Virus record (IMG/VR): IMGVR_UViG_3300028920_000203
Coordinates: 1-30,218 of that record
Direction: 5' to 3' (one strand)
Source of the DNA: a virus
Taxonomy: Duplodnaviria; Caudoviricetes
DNA length: 30,218 nt
The notes under the pieces were generated by a model that saw nothing but the letters and a program-made list of their open reading frames with translations, was not told the DNA's origin and ran no database searches. Position 1 is the first letter of the stretch. The number at the start of each line of letters is the position of its first letter. Below are positions 15,341 to 24,562 of this stretch, in pieces. Position numbers and translations under genes: made by a program.

Positions 15341-17131
15341 TTATCTCGCCCCCGTGTTTAAGGCTTTTTCCATTAGGTCAACGGCGCCTTGCCCGTCTGC
15401 TGTGTAGATATTGAATGTCTGCTCTGTTCGGATCATTGATTCTGCAACACTCAAGTCCATTCCGGTTTCAATTGCTCTGCGTCTGATATCTTCTTCGGTT
15501 GGTTCTTCGATTTGCCTGATGTCACCTTCGGGACTTATATATGTGAATCCTTCTCGTCCTCTTGTTGCCGCTCCGCCATCTTCAAATGATCTTATTCCAG
15601 TTTCAAGAACTTGTTGTGCCATTGTTCTTTCTTTGATAGCCTTAGTCTGTTCTTTTATTGCTTCGGTTTCTTTCTTTATTGTATTTGTTCCTTCATCATA
15701 AGAATTGTTTAATATTTCTTGCACCTCTGCTGCGTGTCTTGCATCAATTGTTGCCTTGTTATTGATTAGTCTGTTTTCTTCAAGTTTTTCAGAATAAAGC
15801 CCAATTGTTGAAGCAATTGCTTTGTCTATATCCATGTTGAGCTGTATCTCTCTTGCGGCTTCTCCTGTTGCAAGCGACATTTCTCGCATCTGTTCTGCAA
15901 ATTCAGGGAATGCATCTTTTGAAAGATTTGCTAATTTAGCCGCAACATTTGATATTGAGATATAGAGTTCACGCTGGAATCCTCGGAATACATTTTTGAC
16001 CTTGGTTGTAAATGATACAATATTTTGATGGGCCTGTCTGAACTGATCAGCAAGTCCGCCAAAGGCCTTGATTACAACATCGAGGAAATCAGCCCATAGA
16101 GGAAGCAAAACATCGCCGACCTTTTGTTTGATTACTTGTGAATAAGCAGCTATTCTTTGTTGAGCAAATGCAACTGTATCTTTTTGAATTGCAAACGCTT
16201 TTGAAGCTGCGCCTGAAGCTTGAGTCATCTTGCCGAGTTTTTCTGTAAATGTATCCGCTTGTGCGCCAGTGAGTGCCATCATTGCTGTAACACCTTCAAC
16301 TCTTCCCATAAGATCAGTTAATTGAAGTCCGTTTTCTTCTGCAGCGCCTTTAACTTTCATTAGGGCGCCTTGGAATCCTTCCTGTTCAATTAATTGCTTG
16401 CCTGTTGATACTCCGAGCTGATCGTAAATAGCCTGTAGATTTTCAGTCGGTTTTGTTAGTGCTACAAGTACCGCTCTGTATTGTGTTGCTACTTCTGCTG
16501 CATTTCCTGTTACACCTGTCAACGTAGCCATAACCCCGAACAGTTCTTCTTGAGATACGCTCATAGCTTCGGAAAGTGGAACGATTTTTCCTATGCTTGC
16601 AGCCAATTCAGGAAAAGTGGTTTGTCCGAGTTTGACTGCCTGAAATGCTAAGTCAGTAACCTTTTGAGCTGCTTCAGCAGATGTGTCACCATAACCTTTT
16701 GTAACTGCCGATATAAGATTTATTGAATCTGTCGTGGTAGAAAGTCCGGCTGTTGCCGCTTCTGCAGCTATTTTCAAAATCTTAGTCGAATCTGCGGTAT
16801 CTCCGAACGCTGAAACAACTTGATATAGCCCACTGGTTAGGTCGCTTGTGGCCTTGCCTGTTTCAATAGCTAATGATTGCACTTCTTTTTTCATTTCGTT
16901 TATTCGTGGTGTGACATCGCCATCTAATAAGGTTGCAACATTTGCCATTTCAGCTTCAAGTTCGGTTGCGGCTTTAACTGATTGAACAGCAAAGGCAGCT
17001 ACTATTGCCGCTCCTGCTGCCGCCGCAGCTATTCCCAAAGCCTTTGTTGACTTAATCGATTCGCCAATTCCTTTTGTCAATCCTTGCGTGTTTGCAGAAA
17101 TATTTATAAAATAATCGAGCGATGTTGCCAT
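15341..17131 (-). CDS. tail tape measure protein (TP901-type core), 596 aa
   Basis: Ala-rich helical protein with MANVATL, GLYQVVSA and VKLGQTTFPELAASIG; follows the chaperone genes. Confidence 0.93.
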   Translation of the reverse strand: MATSLDYFINISANTQGLTKGIGESIKSTKALGIAAAAAGAAIVAAFAVQSVKAATELEAEMANVATLLDGDVTPRINEMKKEVQSLAIETGKATSDLTSGLYQVVSAFGDTADSTKILKIAAEAATAGLSTTTDSINLISAVTKGYGDTSAEAAQKVTDLAFQAVKLGQTTFPELAASIGKIVPLSEAMSVSQEELFGVMATLTGVTGNAAEVATQYRAVLVALTKPTENLQAIYDQLGVSTGKQLIEQEGFQGALMKVKGAAEENGLQLTDLMGRVEGVTAMMALTGAQADTFTEKLGKMTQASGAASKAFAIQKDTVAFAQQRIAAYSQVIKQKVGDVLLPLWADFLDVVIKAFGGLADQFRQAHQNIVSFTTKVKNVFRGFQRELYISISNVAAKLANLSKDAFPEFAEQMREMSLATGEAAREIQLNMDIDKAIASTIGLYSEKLEENRLINNKATIDARHAAEVQEILNNSYDEGTNTIKKETEAIKEQTKAIKERTMAQQVLETGIRSFEDGGAATRGREGFTYISPEGDIRQIEEPTEEDIRRRAIETGMDLSVAESMIRTEQTFNIYTADGQGAVDLMEKALNTGAR

Positions 17132-17139
17132 TTTCTCAC

Positions 17140-17301
17140 CTACTTTTTAGGTTTCTTTTTTTCTTGTTCAATCTTAAAATAAGCCATCCATTCAATCATT
17201 TCAGAAGAAGTCATCCGGCGAAGCAACTCAGATACAGTCATTCCAAGTCGCTCCGCAAGGAAAAAATAGAAATATCTCTCAGGATGGCCTATGAGTTTTT
17301 T
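17140..17301 (-). CDS. tail assembly chaperone C-terminal extension (gpGT-like), reached by -1 frameshift
   Basis: LAERLGMTVSELLRRMTSSEMIEWMAYF lies in the -1 frame after the slippery site and has no RBS/start of its own. Confidence 0.8.
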   Translation of the reverse strand, partial: KKLIGHPERYFYFFLAERLGMTVSELLRRMTSSEMIEWMAYFKIEQEKKKPKK

Positions 17302-17642
17302 TCTGCCTCTTTCACGGCTTTTTCGTTTTCTCCTGACAAGTCTTGGCAAAGTTTAAACAGCCTATCCATTTCTTTACTGCTTAAATTACCGAGGATGTTC
17401 ACATCGGTATCTTTAAATATTCTTTCGCCATCTTTGCTGATGATAACTTTTACAAGCAATTTAGCTTTGTAGTTATCAGGAAGTTTTACCTTGCCTTCTT
17501 TGTCAAGCATTGATCTTTCGTATATATCACGCTCTTTTGCGGTTGTTTCGCGGACATACATTTCCTTGCCAAATAATGTTATTTTTTCCTTCTTTAGATC
17601 CGTTTGACTCAAGATAAAATCTCTAAGTTCTGCGTTTGTCAC
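17289..17642 (-). CDS. tail assembly chaperone (gpG-like)
   Basis: Between tail tube and tape measure genes; ends in EKNS, typical of slippery-site termini. Confidence 0.85.
   Translation of the reverse strand: MTNAELRDFILSQTDLKKEKITLFGKEMYVRETTAKERDIYERSMLDKEGKVKLPDNYKAKLLVKVIISKDGERIFKDTDVNILGNLSSKEMDRLFKLCQDLSGENEKAVKEAEKNS
17295..17301 (-). other. programmed -1 ribosomal frameshift heptamer A AAA AAC
   Basis: GAA AAA AAC TCA TAG; the -1 frame stays open to 17140. Confidence 0.82.
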
Positions 17643-17654
17643 TTCAATTCCCCC

Positions 17655-18251
17655 TTACCAGTTTAATAATTCGTCAGTTGATTGTCCTGAAACTGCATTG
17701 TTTTGAGGGCTGTCAATAGCGGCCGCAAGTGCAACCGATTCAAGCACAGTCCATATTCTGTTGATTAATGTTCCTGTGTCGCTGTTGAGTTCCACCACAA
17801 CCGGATCTCCTGCTTGAAGAGCATCAACAAAATAAGTGTCCGTGACATCAAAATCCTCAAGACTTATTGAAGCGCTAAGTTGTCCTGGAATCTTGTCCTT
17901 GTAAGATGCCCTAAATACAGGCACGTTGATGATAGTACACGCTCTATCAAGTCCTGCAGCGTGAGCCGATGCAACAGTTGTCATTGGCAAATAAAAGCCG
18001 TCTATGGTGATTGTACGAGCCACAGCGCTACCAAATGTAACCGTGCCATCGAGTCTGTTGAGCGTATATTCTTCGGCTGTTTCAACACCATCATCTTTGA
18101 CTGTTATCGTTGATGTCTTGTCAAGTATCTGCTTGTCTGTGTCGGTGATTTGATATACCGTGTTGTCCGAAGTTCCGCAAGGCTCTGCAGTAAGTGATAA
18201 TTTATCGCCTGAGACTTTCACAGATACTAAATAACCTGCTTTCTTAGCCAT
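17655..18251 (-). CDS. second tail-tube-like protein with about 75-aa inserted beta domain
   Basis: Aligns by eye with 18264-18680: MAKKAG/MAKLAG, YKDKIPGQLS/YKERVAGLKD, VLESVAL/LVESANW. Confidence 0.65.
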   Translation of the reverse strand: MAKKAGYLVSVKVSGDKLSLTAEPCGTSDNTVYQITDTDKQILDKTSTITVKDDGVETAEEYTLNRLDGTVTFGSAVARTITIDGFYLPMTTVASAHAAGLDRACTIINVPVFRASYKDKIPGQLSASISLEDFDVTDTYFVDALQAGDPVVVELNSDTGTLINRIWTVLESVALAAAIDSPQNNAVSGQSTDELLNW

Positions 18252-18263
18252 TCATATCACCCC

Positions 18264-18680
18264 TTAAGATTGAGCCGGAAGTGCTACTGGTGCGCCTGCA
18301 CCCTGGAAGCTGACCGCATATTCTTGCATACCATCGACTGCGCCTGTCCAGTTTGCGGATTCTACCAAGCATGGAACTTGAATATCTGCAACTGTTGTGC
18401 CTTGACGATACAAGCCAACATAGACTGTGTTCCCTGGAATTATAACCAATTGTCCGTTTGTGTCTGCCGGGTCAAAATACATAGTTACAGAGAAGTTAGT
18501 ATCTTTAAGCCCTGCGACTCTTTCCTTATACGGATTGTCAACTTCGCTTGCATCGAGCATGTCAGCCATTTGATTGTATGCAGAATTTGAAACGCCTGCC
18601 ACTTCTGCGCCTGTTCCGTCTGTGATTGCTTCCGTTGCCTTAATCCATATTCTATGAAGATTTCCTGCTAATTTAGCCAT
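18264..18680 (-). CDS. major tail tube protein
   Basis: YKERVAGLKD...FDPADTNGQ...YAVSFQGAGAP tube-protein pattern; follows the tail terminator gene. Confidence 0.85.
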   Translation of the reverse strand: MAKLAGNLHRIWIKATEAITDGTGAEVAGVSNSAYNQMADMLDASEVDNPYKERVAGLKDTNFSVTMYFDPADTNGQLVIIPGNTVYVGLYRQGTTVADIQVPCLVESANWTGAVDGMQEYAVSFQGAGAPVALPAQS

Positions 18681-18698
18681 TTAATATCACTCCTTTTT

Positions 18699-19091
18699 TT
18701 ATGATTCTGCTGAGATTTTTTTATACTGCAATACTCTGTGGAAAATCTGTGTATCATCTTCATACATTGCGGTATTCATAAGCCGCATGTACTTTAAGCC
18801 TTCCATAACATCATTTACCGCTTTTGCGATTGCGATTGCTTCTTGTTCGTAATTGGTTGTATTGGCTTCGGTTTCTTTGCACCATATGTCAATTTGAAAA
18901 TGCGGTTCATCGAAACATTCAACAACGCCAACTGCGTAATATGCCGGAGCATTGTCAATCTGCAATGTGCTTATTTGTGGACATGCTGCAGTTGACTTGT
19001 ATGTTCGCCAAAACACCCGGTCATCTATAAGCGCCGCAAGTGTCACATCTGCTTGTAATGCTGTATAAACCGTTGCATTATCGTTTCTCAA
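18699..19091 (-). CDS. tail terminator/completion protein (DUF3168-like)
   Basis: VYTALQAD..LAALIDDRVF, FQIDIW, YEDDTQIFHRVLQY. Confidence 0.8.
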   Translation of the reverse strand: MRNDNATVYTALQADVTLAALIDDRVFWRTYKSTAACPQISTLQIDNAPAYYAVGVVECFDEPHFQIDIWCKETEANTTNYEQEAIAIAKAVNDVMEGLKYMRLMNTAMYEDDTQIFHRVLQYKKISAES

Positions 19092-19483
19092 ATCTTACCA
19101 CCTCGCTTGAACGCTCTGTCTATCCTGTCGCGTATCCATTTGATGTTTTCATTTAATGCCGGACGGAACACAGGATATGGTCCGTGTTTGCTTGTTCCAA
19201 ATTCGAGCCACTTCATGTATTTGACATTAGATCCGATTTTCGCTTCTGCGCCTTGCGTTGCTGTGAACTTTCTCAACTCGTGAAAGATTGAATTCCTTGC
19301 TCGTCCTGTGTCGATGTAAGGAAACTTTGAAGGATGGCCTTTGGTGTTTGGGGCCTTGCCCTTGAAATTCTTCTTGCTTGATGCTACTACTTTTAGAGCT
19401 GATTCTTCAAGTGCTCCTTCAATCTCCTTCTTCATTTGCGGACCTATCTTTAATAGTTCTTTTATGAGTTGTTCTTCAGTCAT
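19088..19483 (-). CDS. HK97 gp10-like tail completion/neck protein
   Basis: IDTGRARNSI, IGSNVKYMKWLEFGTSK, PVFRPAL. Confidence 0.9.
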   Translation of the reverse strand: MTEEQLIKELLKIGPQMKKEIEGALEESALKVVASSKKNFKGKAPNTKGHPSKFPYIDTGRARNSIFHELRKFTATQGAEAKIGSNVKYMKWLEFGTSKHGPYPVFRPALNENIKWIRDRIDRAFKRGGKI

Positions 19484-20037
19484 ATCGAATACCGCCTATA
19501 AGGTTGAAGCATATCCTTCTGAATCGGAGTCATTTCAAATACAGTCTTGTCGTTTGCGTTGAGCCTGAGTGCTGAAAGCTGAATTGCAACCTGCTCGATG
19601 TCATACGGAAGTGTTCTCGATTCACCGCTCAAAACATATCCTGCAACATATGTCATCTTGATATTGCGTGTAGGGCGCACAGGATAGTTGCTCACGCCTT
19701 CCACATACGCATTACGCGCGAATCCTTGTGGTAGGTATACCTTTACATCATCAACCTGATAATCGTCCGAATCTTGCAATATATCGTCAACATACAGAGA
19801 GGTCACGCTTGTTATCGGGTAGTGCTTTGTTACGATGAATTGTGTTCTATCGCCTACGTGATATTCATTCGTGTATGTCGCTGATTTTAGCGTCCTGTTG
19901 AGATACCTGTCGATAAAATCCGATACCCAGTTGATTTCGCCTTCTATGATGGTATCTTGCGTTGTTGTTCCTGTTGGAATCTTAAGATATGCCTTGACAT
20001 TTGCAATTGTTGTTAATGCCTTTGCCGAGAGTGCCAT
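19480..20037 (-). CDS. head-tail adaptor (gp6/gp15-like) with inserted beta domain
   Basis: LTTIANVKAYLKI, IDRYLNR, YVAGY, LPYDIEQ, LQPYRR. Confidence 0.85.
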   Translation of the reverse strand: MALSAKALTTIANVKAYLKIPTGTTTQDTIIEGEINWVSDFIDRYLNRTLKSATYTNEYHVGDRTQFIVTKHYPITSVTSLYVDDILQDSDDYQVDDVKVYLPQGFARNAYVEGVSNYPVRPTRNIKMTYVAGYVLSGESRTLPYDIEQVAIQLSALRLNANDKTVFEMTPIQKDMLQPYRRYSI

Positions 20038-20051
20038 TTAATCACCTCTTT

Positions 20052-20075
20052 AAAAAAGGGGAGGTTGCCCTCCCC
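20052..20075 (-). terminator. intrinsic terminator after the capsid/decoration genes
   Basis: GGGGAGG-GCAA-CCTCCCC followed by T6. Confidence 0.88.
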
Positions 20076-20132
20076 AATCTATTAGACTTGCTGTCGTGGC
20101 ATTACAATCGTTTATCCACCGTCAAGTCTGTT

Positions 20133-20168
20133 TTATGTTGCTGTTTGTGTTGCTATTTACGTTGCTGT
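20133..20168. repeat. three tandem 12-bp repeats
   Basis: ttatgttgctgt / ttgtgttgctat / ttacgttgctgt. Confidence 0.7.
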
Positions 20169-20594
20169 AATTGCGTCCGGAATTGTTACAGGAGCCACGT
20201 CCGGTATTCCGAGGATTCCATCGACTGATACAAGCGCCGCTGTGACATCTGTTCCGGTCCAATCCATCAAAAGCCTGATATACCTCTTGGTGCCTTGGTA
20301 TCCTACATATTGAGTAACTTGATCTTCGTCTGCCGCATCGATCTTGGTGTAGGCTCCAAGTATATCGCCTGAATCAACAGCTTCAAAATCGCTATCCGCT
20401 GTCGTGTCACTGTGTTGCAATGTCGGCGTCAAATATGCGCCTGCTGCTGGAGTAGTTATCGCGCCAACGTTGATTGACATTACCGCTCCCTCGAAACCTT
20501 TGGTATCAAGGATACTTGATGCAGTATCGGTGTCTGCCGTGTCTTGTGCGTCCAAAAGATGGACGACTCCAATCTTATGATATAAATCTTTCAT
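20157..20594 (-). CDS. capsid decoration/cement protein (Bbp16-like jelly-roll)
   Basis: LDTKGFE, LQHSD...FEAV, VGYQGTKRYIRL; co-transcribed with the capsid gene up to the terminator. Confidence 0.6.
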   Translation of the reverse strand: MKDLYHKIGVVHLLDAQDTADTDTASSILDTKGFEGAVMSINVGAITTPAAGAYLTPTLQHSDTTADSDFEAVDSGDILGAYTKIDAADEDQVTQYVGYQGTKRYIRLLMDWTGTDVTAALVSVDGILGIPDVAPVTIPDAITAT

Positions 20595-20612
20595 TTACAC
20601 ATTCCTCCTTAT

Positions 20613-21572
20613 TTATGCTATTGCCGCGAATGCCGGATAGATGCCTATCCCTGTCGCGTTACCAAAGATATTGTTAACGCATGTAAGCTCGTTACAATCT
20701 ATTACTGTTGCTATTTCCTTAGCTGCCGCTGTGAATCCGCGATTATCGTTGCATGACAATTTGCTTGAGTTATCATCAATAGTAAGAGTAACTACTGCAA
20801 ATGTATTTCTGTCAATGAAGCCTATTGCATCAGCACAAGTCAACCCAGAGTTCACAGTAATACCAATTGCTCCGGATTCAATTATGTTATCCAAGATACG
20901 AAGATTTCTTGTGGCCCCTGCTCCAAGTTCGATTGTTGTTGATGAATATTTACCGATAAAGTCACAACCAAGTATCCCAAACTGCTCAACTGCTGTTGCC
21001 ACTATAGCTTTTGTTGCAGGGGTTGTTCCTCTGCCGTCAAAGTGACAGTTGATGAATTGAAGTCCGCTTGTAGTGGTAGGAACAGTAAAGATTACTCCAC
21101 CGGCAGCAAGTGATTGGAATCCTACGTTGATGAATCTTGTACCCATATAAGCGCCGGCACCGATTACATGGTTGCCAATGAATACAGGATAGGCACGATG
21201 ATCATAAGAGCCTACTCCAATTACATCACACTTGTTCGGCAATGTGATTATTGTTTCTTTGTTTGCTTCGTTGTTGTCAGACTTAACGTAAATCGTGTTT
21301 CTGGCCGCCCAACCTTGCGCTCCTGCTGCGATGCTTGCGTTCGATGCTGCAAATGCCACAGCTAGAGTCTTAAAGGCTGTGTCCCAGCTGAGACCATCGT
21401 TAGTATCTACGCCGTAGTTTCCGTCGACAAAGTACGTGTCGCCAGATAATGCATTGACTTGAGCACCAGCTATTTTTAAAGTTCCGCCTGCCTTTACTTC
21501 AATCTCTCCGCCAGCTTTAACAACCATTCTATCACCGTTGTTATCTTTATAAACCTTGGTTACTTTAGACAT
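20613..21572 (-). CDS. putative head fibre with right-handed beta-helix (pectin-lyase-like) domain
   Basis: Short N-terminal anchor, YFVDGNYGVDTNDGLSWDTAFKTL cap motif, repeated FxNCxF / IxDNxI strands. Confidence 0.65.
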   Translation of the reverse strand: MSKVTKVYKDNNGDRMVVKAGGEIEVKAGGTLKIAGAQVNALSGDTYFVDGNYGVDTNDGLSWDTAFKTLAVAFAASNASIAAGAQGWAARNTIYVKSDNNEANKETIITLPNKCDVIGVGSYDHRAYPVFIGNHVIGAGAYMGTRFINVGFQSLAAGGVIFTVPTTTSGLQFINCHFDGRGTTPATKAIVATAVEQFGILGCDFIGKYSSTTIELGAGATRNLRILDNIIESGAIGITVNSGLTCADAIGFIDRNTFAVVTLTIDDNSSKLSCNDNRGFTAAAKEIATVIDCNELTCVNNIFGNATGIGIYPAFAAIA

Positions 21573-21585
21573 TTGTCATCCCTCC

Positions 21586-22767
21586 TTAGTAGGTAGTTTT
21601 GATGACTGCGAGGGCCTCAGGAAGTACAACCTTACCAGCTACGCGCTTATGAAGTACGAACTTGATTACATCATAAGATGAAAGTGTCATTTCATCCCTG
21701 ACAACTGAGATTTGCGTTCTGTCTGCAATCCTGTAACCTCTTCTTATGTCACCAAAGAGAATTGGATATGCGTTTGTTGCAATGTCAGGTGCGTCAACTG
21801 CTTCTGCAATCGGTCTGCCAAGTATTGTTTGATACGGTGCGCCTTCCATACCTCCACCAGGGAGCCAGAAATAACGTCCGTTGCCGTCTTGTAGCTTTCT
21901 TACAATCTTCAAAGTAGTTCTGTTCATTACAAATGTACCGTTTTGCGCATACATTGATTTAGGTGTATGGTAAAGGTCAACAAGTCCGTCTGCCAGGTTT
22001 GCTTCTTCGGTTGCAACTGTTACGGAATTTGCGAGTACATTTGCATCGACAAACATTCCGCTCGGCTTCTCAACACCGTTCCCTTCAACAAAAGCGGTGC
22101 CTTCAAGGACTCCGAATTGCTCTGATGCGTCAGAGATTATCTCAGATTCAAGATTGAACATTGAATCCATGAGGTTTTCACGAGATACCCTTATGTCAGC
22201 AGTCATCTTATGAGTTTGCAGTCTTTCTTGTCCGTATGTTTGGTTGGTTTGAGTTGCGGCTGCAGCTTCTGCGGTCCAGTATGCAGTCGGAGTTCCGGTT
22301 CTCTTTGGAATCACAAGCGCATTCGCGCTGAGCGGTGTCACTCTTGCAAATTGCCTTATCGGTGAATACTCAACGATGTTCTTGATTATCTCATTTGCCA
22401 TCTTGTCTTGTGCAAGATAACCACCAAGAGTGTCATTGCCGATTATGAGTGTGTCGGCTTTCTTCTCAAGCATTTTCTTTTCTTCGACTGTAAGCTCAGA
22501 TGCGCCTTTTCTAAGGTACTTCTCGAATACGCCTTTTCTTTCGGCTTCTGCGCTGTCCTTTGCTTCTGATGCTGACGGTCTTTGAATCTTTGCGATTTCA
22601 TCTTGGAGCTCGTCAAACTTCTTGTCAATCTTTTCAAGCTTTGCTTTGGTTTCTCCTGAAGCCTCGCCGTACTCCTTAATTTCCTTCTTGAGCTGTTCGT
22701 TGGCTTCCTTCATTGACTCAAACGTTTTAAGATTTTCTGTCTGCAATGCTTTCAATTTTTCTTCCAT
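21586..22767 (-). CDS. major capsid protein, HK97 family, with N-terminal coiled-coil delta domain
   Basis: GGYL, SPIRQFA, AFVEGNGVEKPSG, LQDGNGRYFW, ILGRPI, ILFGD, KRVAG. Confidence 0.97.
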   Translation of the reverse strand: MEEKLKALQTENLKTFESMKEANEQLKKEIKEYGEASGETKAKLEKIDKKFDELQDEIAKIQRPSASEAKDSAEAERKGVFEKYLRKGASELTVEEKKMLEKKADTLIIGNDTLGGYLAQDKMANEIIKNIVEYSPIRQFARVTPLSANALVIPKRTGTPTAYWTAEAAAATQTNQTYGQERLQTHKMTADIRVSRENLMDSMFNLESEIISDASEQFGVLEGTAFVEGNGVEKPSGMFVDANVLANSVTVATEEANLADGLVDLYHTPKSMYAQNGTFVMNRTTLKIVRKLQDGNGRYFWLPGGGMEGAPYQTILGRPIAEAVDAPDIATNAYPILFGDIRRGYRIADRTQISVVRDEMTLSSYDVIKFVLHKRVAGKVVLPEALAVIKTTY

Positions 22768-22769
22768 GC

Positions 22770-23705
22770 TTAATCCTCCTTCATCCTTTTTCTGAATTGT
22801 TGTAATTCATTGATGTATTCATCTATATGCTCTTCTTTGATGCCTTTTTCGTCATCCTGTGGCTTGTCCTCACCCGATTGAAGCAATGTTCCCAGTGCTT
22901 CGTGTGCCGATTGTAGCGCGTCATAAGCTGCTTTCACTTTTGCGAGCGTTGCCTTTGAGAGTGTGCGACCTTCCTTGTGTTCATTTAGTTCCTGCATATA
23001 GGCTTCGATTTTTTCTTTCCGCTCTGAATTGATATTGAGGTTGCATTCTTTAACCAGGAGGTCAAGTAGTTCGGTGATCTGTTCTTCGGCTTTTACGTTT
23101 GTGACTTTAGCTTTCGGGTTCATCGGAAATGTGACGATTGATGTTTCCCATAGTTCGAGTTCTTTTAGTTTTCGTATTCCTTCGCTGTCATAATCTGCTT
23201 TGACTGTTGAGTATCCTATCGACAATCCTTTGATACTGCCTTGCTTAAGAAGAGCATGTGCTTCATGGGCCTTCGGCACTTTAGGGTATCCACCTGTTGT
23301 TTCGTCAAGGTTGAGTTTCCCTTTTACCATTAGTCCATTTTTTGAATCTGTGAATGTTCCAACGCCTATCGGATTTCGTGTGTCGTGTTGCCACAGTATA
23401 GGCTTGACTGAATCTTTTGCAAGCGACTTCTTAAATGCACCTGACAATATTATATCACCGCCAAGGTCAACATTTCCATAAACCGCTGCAATTCCTTCAA
23501 AAGAACCATCGTCATCTACTTGCTTGATTTCCAACTGCAAATCGAGTGTTTTCTTTTCCGTGCTGTCCGCCTCCTTTCTATCATCCCATTGACTATAACA
23601 TATTCCCTGAGCCACGTCATTTTCGTATTCGTCAGATATAGCCGATAAACAACGACTGATAAACTCCTCTTCTTCCTCGCCAGGTCTTGGTTTAGGTATT
23701 GGCAT
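22770..23705 (-). CDS. HK97-family prohead protease with N- and C-terminal extensions
   Basis: FEGIAAVYGNVD..GDII..GAF, LWQHD, GLSIGY, LWETSIVTFPMN. Confidence 0.95.
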   Translation of the reverse strand: MPIPKPRPGEEEEEFISRCLSAISDEYENDVAQGICYSQWDDRKEADSTEKKTLDLQLEIKQVDDDGSFEGIAAVYGNVDLGGDIILSGAFKKSLAKDSVKPILWQHDTRNPIGVGTFTDSKNGLMVKGKLNLDETTGGYPKVPKAHEAHALLKQGSIKGLSIGYSTVKADYDSEGIRKLKELELWETSIVTFPMNPKAKVTNVKAEEQITELLDLLVKECNLNINSERKEKIEAYMQELNEHKEGRTLSKATLAKVKAAYDALQSAHEALGTLLQSGEDKPQDDEKGIKEEHIDEYINELQQFRKRMKED

Positions 23706-23716
23706 TTTTATCACCT

Positions 23717-24562
23717 CTATTCGTTGTCAAACAATAAAAGACCAAAAGCCGCCGCTATTTTATTATTCACAGAAACACCAACTGCCCTAACTTCGAGATC
23801 CGTTTTTTCTTCAAACCTATACGGGCATCGGAATGTTTCAAAAATGCTGTTTTCATATAGCCTACGCACACGCTTGACTTGGAACACCTCTCCGAATGGC
23901 CTTGCATAATAGTAAACTGTCACATCTTTTCCAGCTCCTACGTTTGCTGATATTTCTTCGACATAAGCCGTCTTTCCTGCCGGCACTGTATATGTTGCCA
24001 TAAGCGTTTGATTGTTTCCGTTGTCTATTTCGGCGTATGTTGTTCCTGCGTTTACTGCTGTGACAACACCGGTTAATGCATCAGGCCCTTTGTTTATCAT
24101 TCGGTTGAGTCTGAGAAAAGCCTTGGTTGATACTGGAGGCTCTGCGCTGTTTAAAACCATATCTTCTTCAATCTCCAAGTAATCAGCATCAAGGCCATAG
24201 AGCGTGATTGTGTTTCCATCATCATCTGCCTCTGTCGATGCAAGCGTCATGTTTAGCGCTGTTGATTGCCATGGATAGAGACCGCCGGATTCCCATATTG
24301 TTTCAAGGTCTGTGTCTATATCTCCGTTAAATCCAAACTTACGCACACATTTTGCGCCTTCAACTTCTCCTTTTGCTATTGACAATCTAACCGCGTCAAC
24401 CCTTTGTTGCATGTTTGAATTAATAGTTTCTATGTTGGATTGTATTAAATCTATATCGGCATGTATATCCTCTATTTTATCAGCTATATTGATATATTCA
24501 TTGTTTTCTTTTAACATTCTTCCGCTGTGCTTGTTCATGCTCTCTATTTTATTATTAGCCAT
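23717..24562 (-). CDS. putative virion structural protein (281 aa, beta-rich)
   Basis: KFGFN...ETIWESGGLY, FLRLNR, QTLMATYTVPAGKTAY; position in the head module. Confidence 0.6.
   Translation of the reverse strand: MANNKIESMNKHSGRMLKENNEYINIADKIEDIHADIDLIQSNIETINSNMQQRVDAVRLSIAKGEVEGAKCVRKFGFNGDIDTDLETIWESGGLYPWQSTALNMTLASTEADDDGNTITLYGLDADYLEIEEDMVLNSAEPPVSTKAFLRLNRMINKGPDALTGVVTAVNAGTTYAEIDNGNNQTLMATYTVPAGKTAYVEEISANVGAGKDVTVYYYARPFGEVFQVKRVRRLYENSIFETFRCPYRFEEKTDLEVRAVGVSVNNKIAAAFGLLLFDNE

Noticed and set aside
20133-20168. CRISPR mini-array
   Set aside because: The repeats are 12 bp and contiguous with no spacers, and there are no cas genes.
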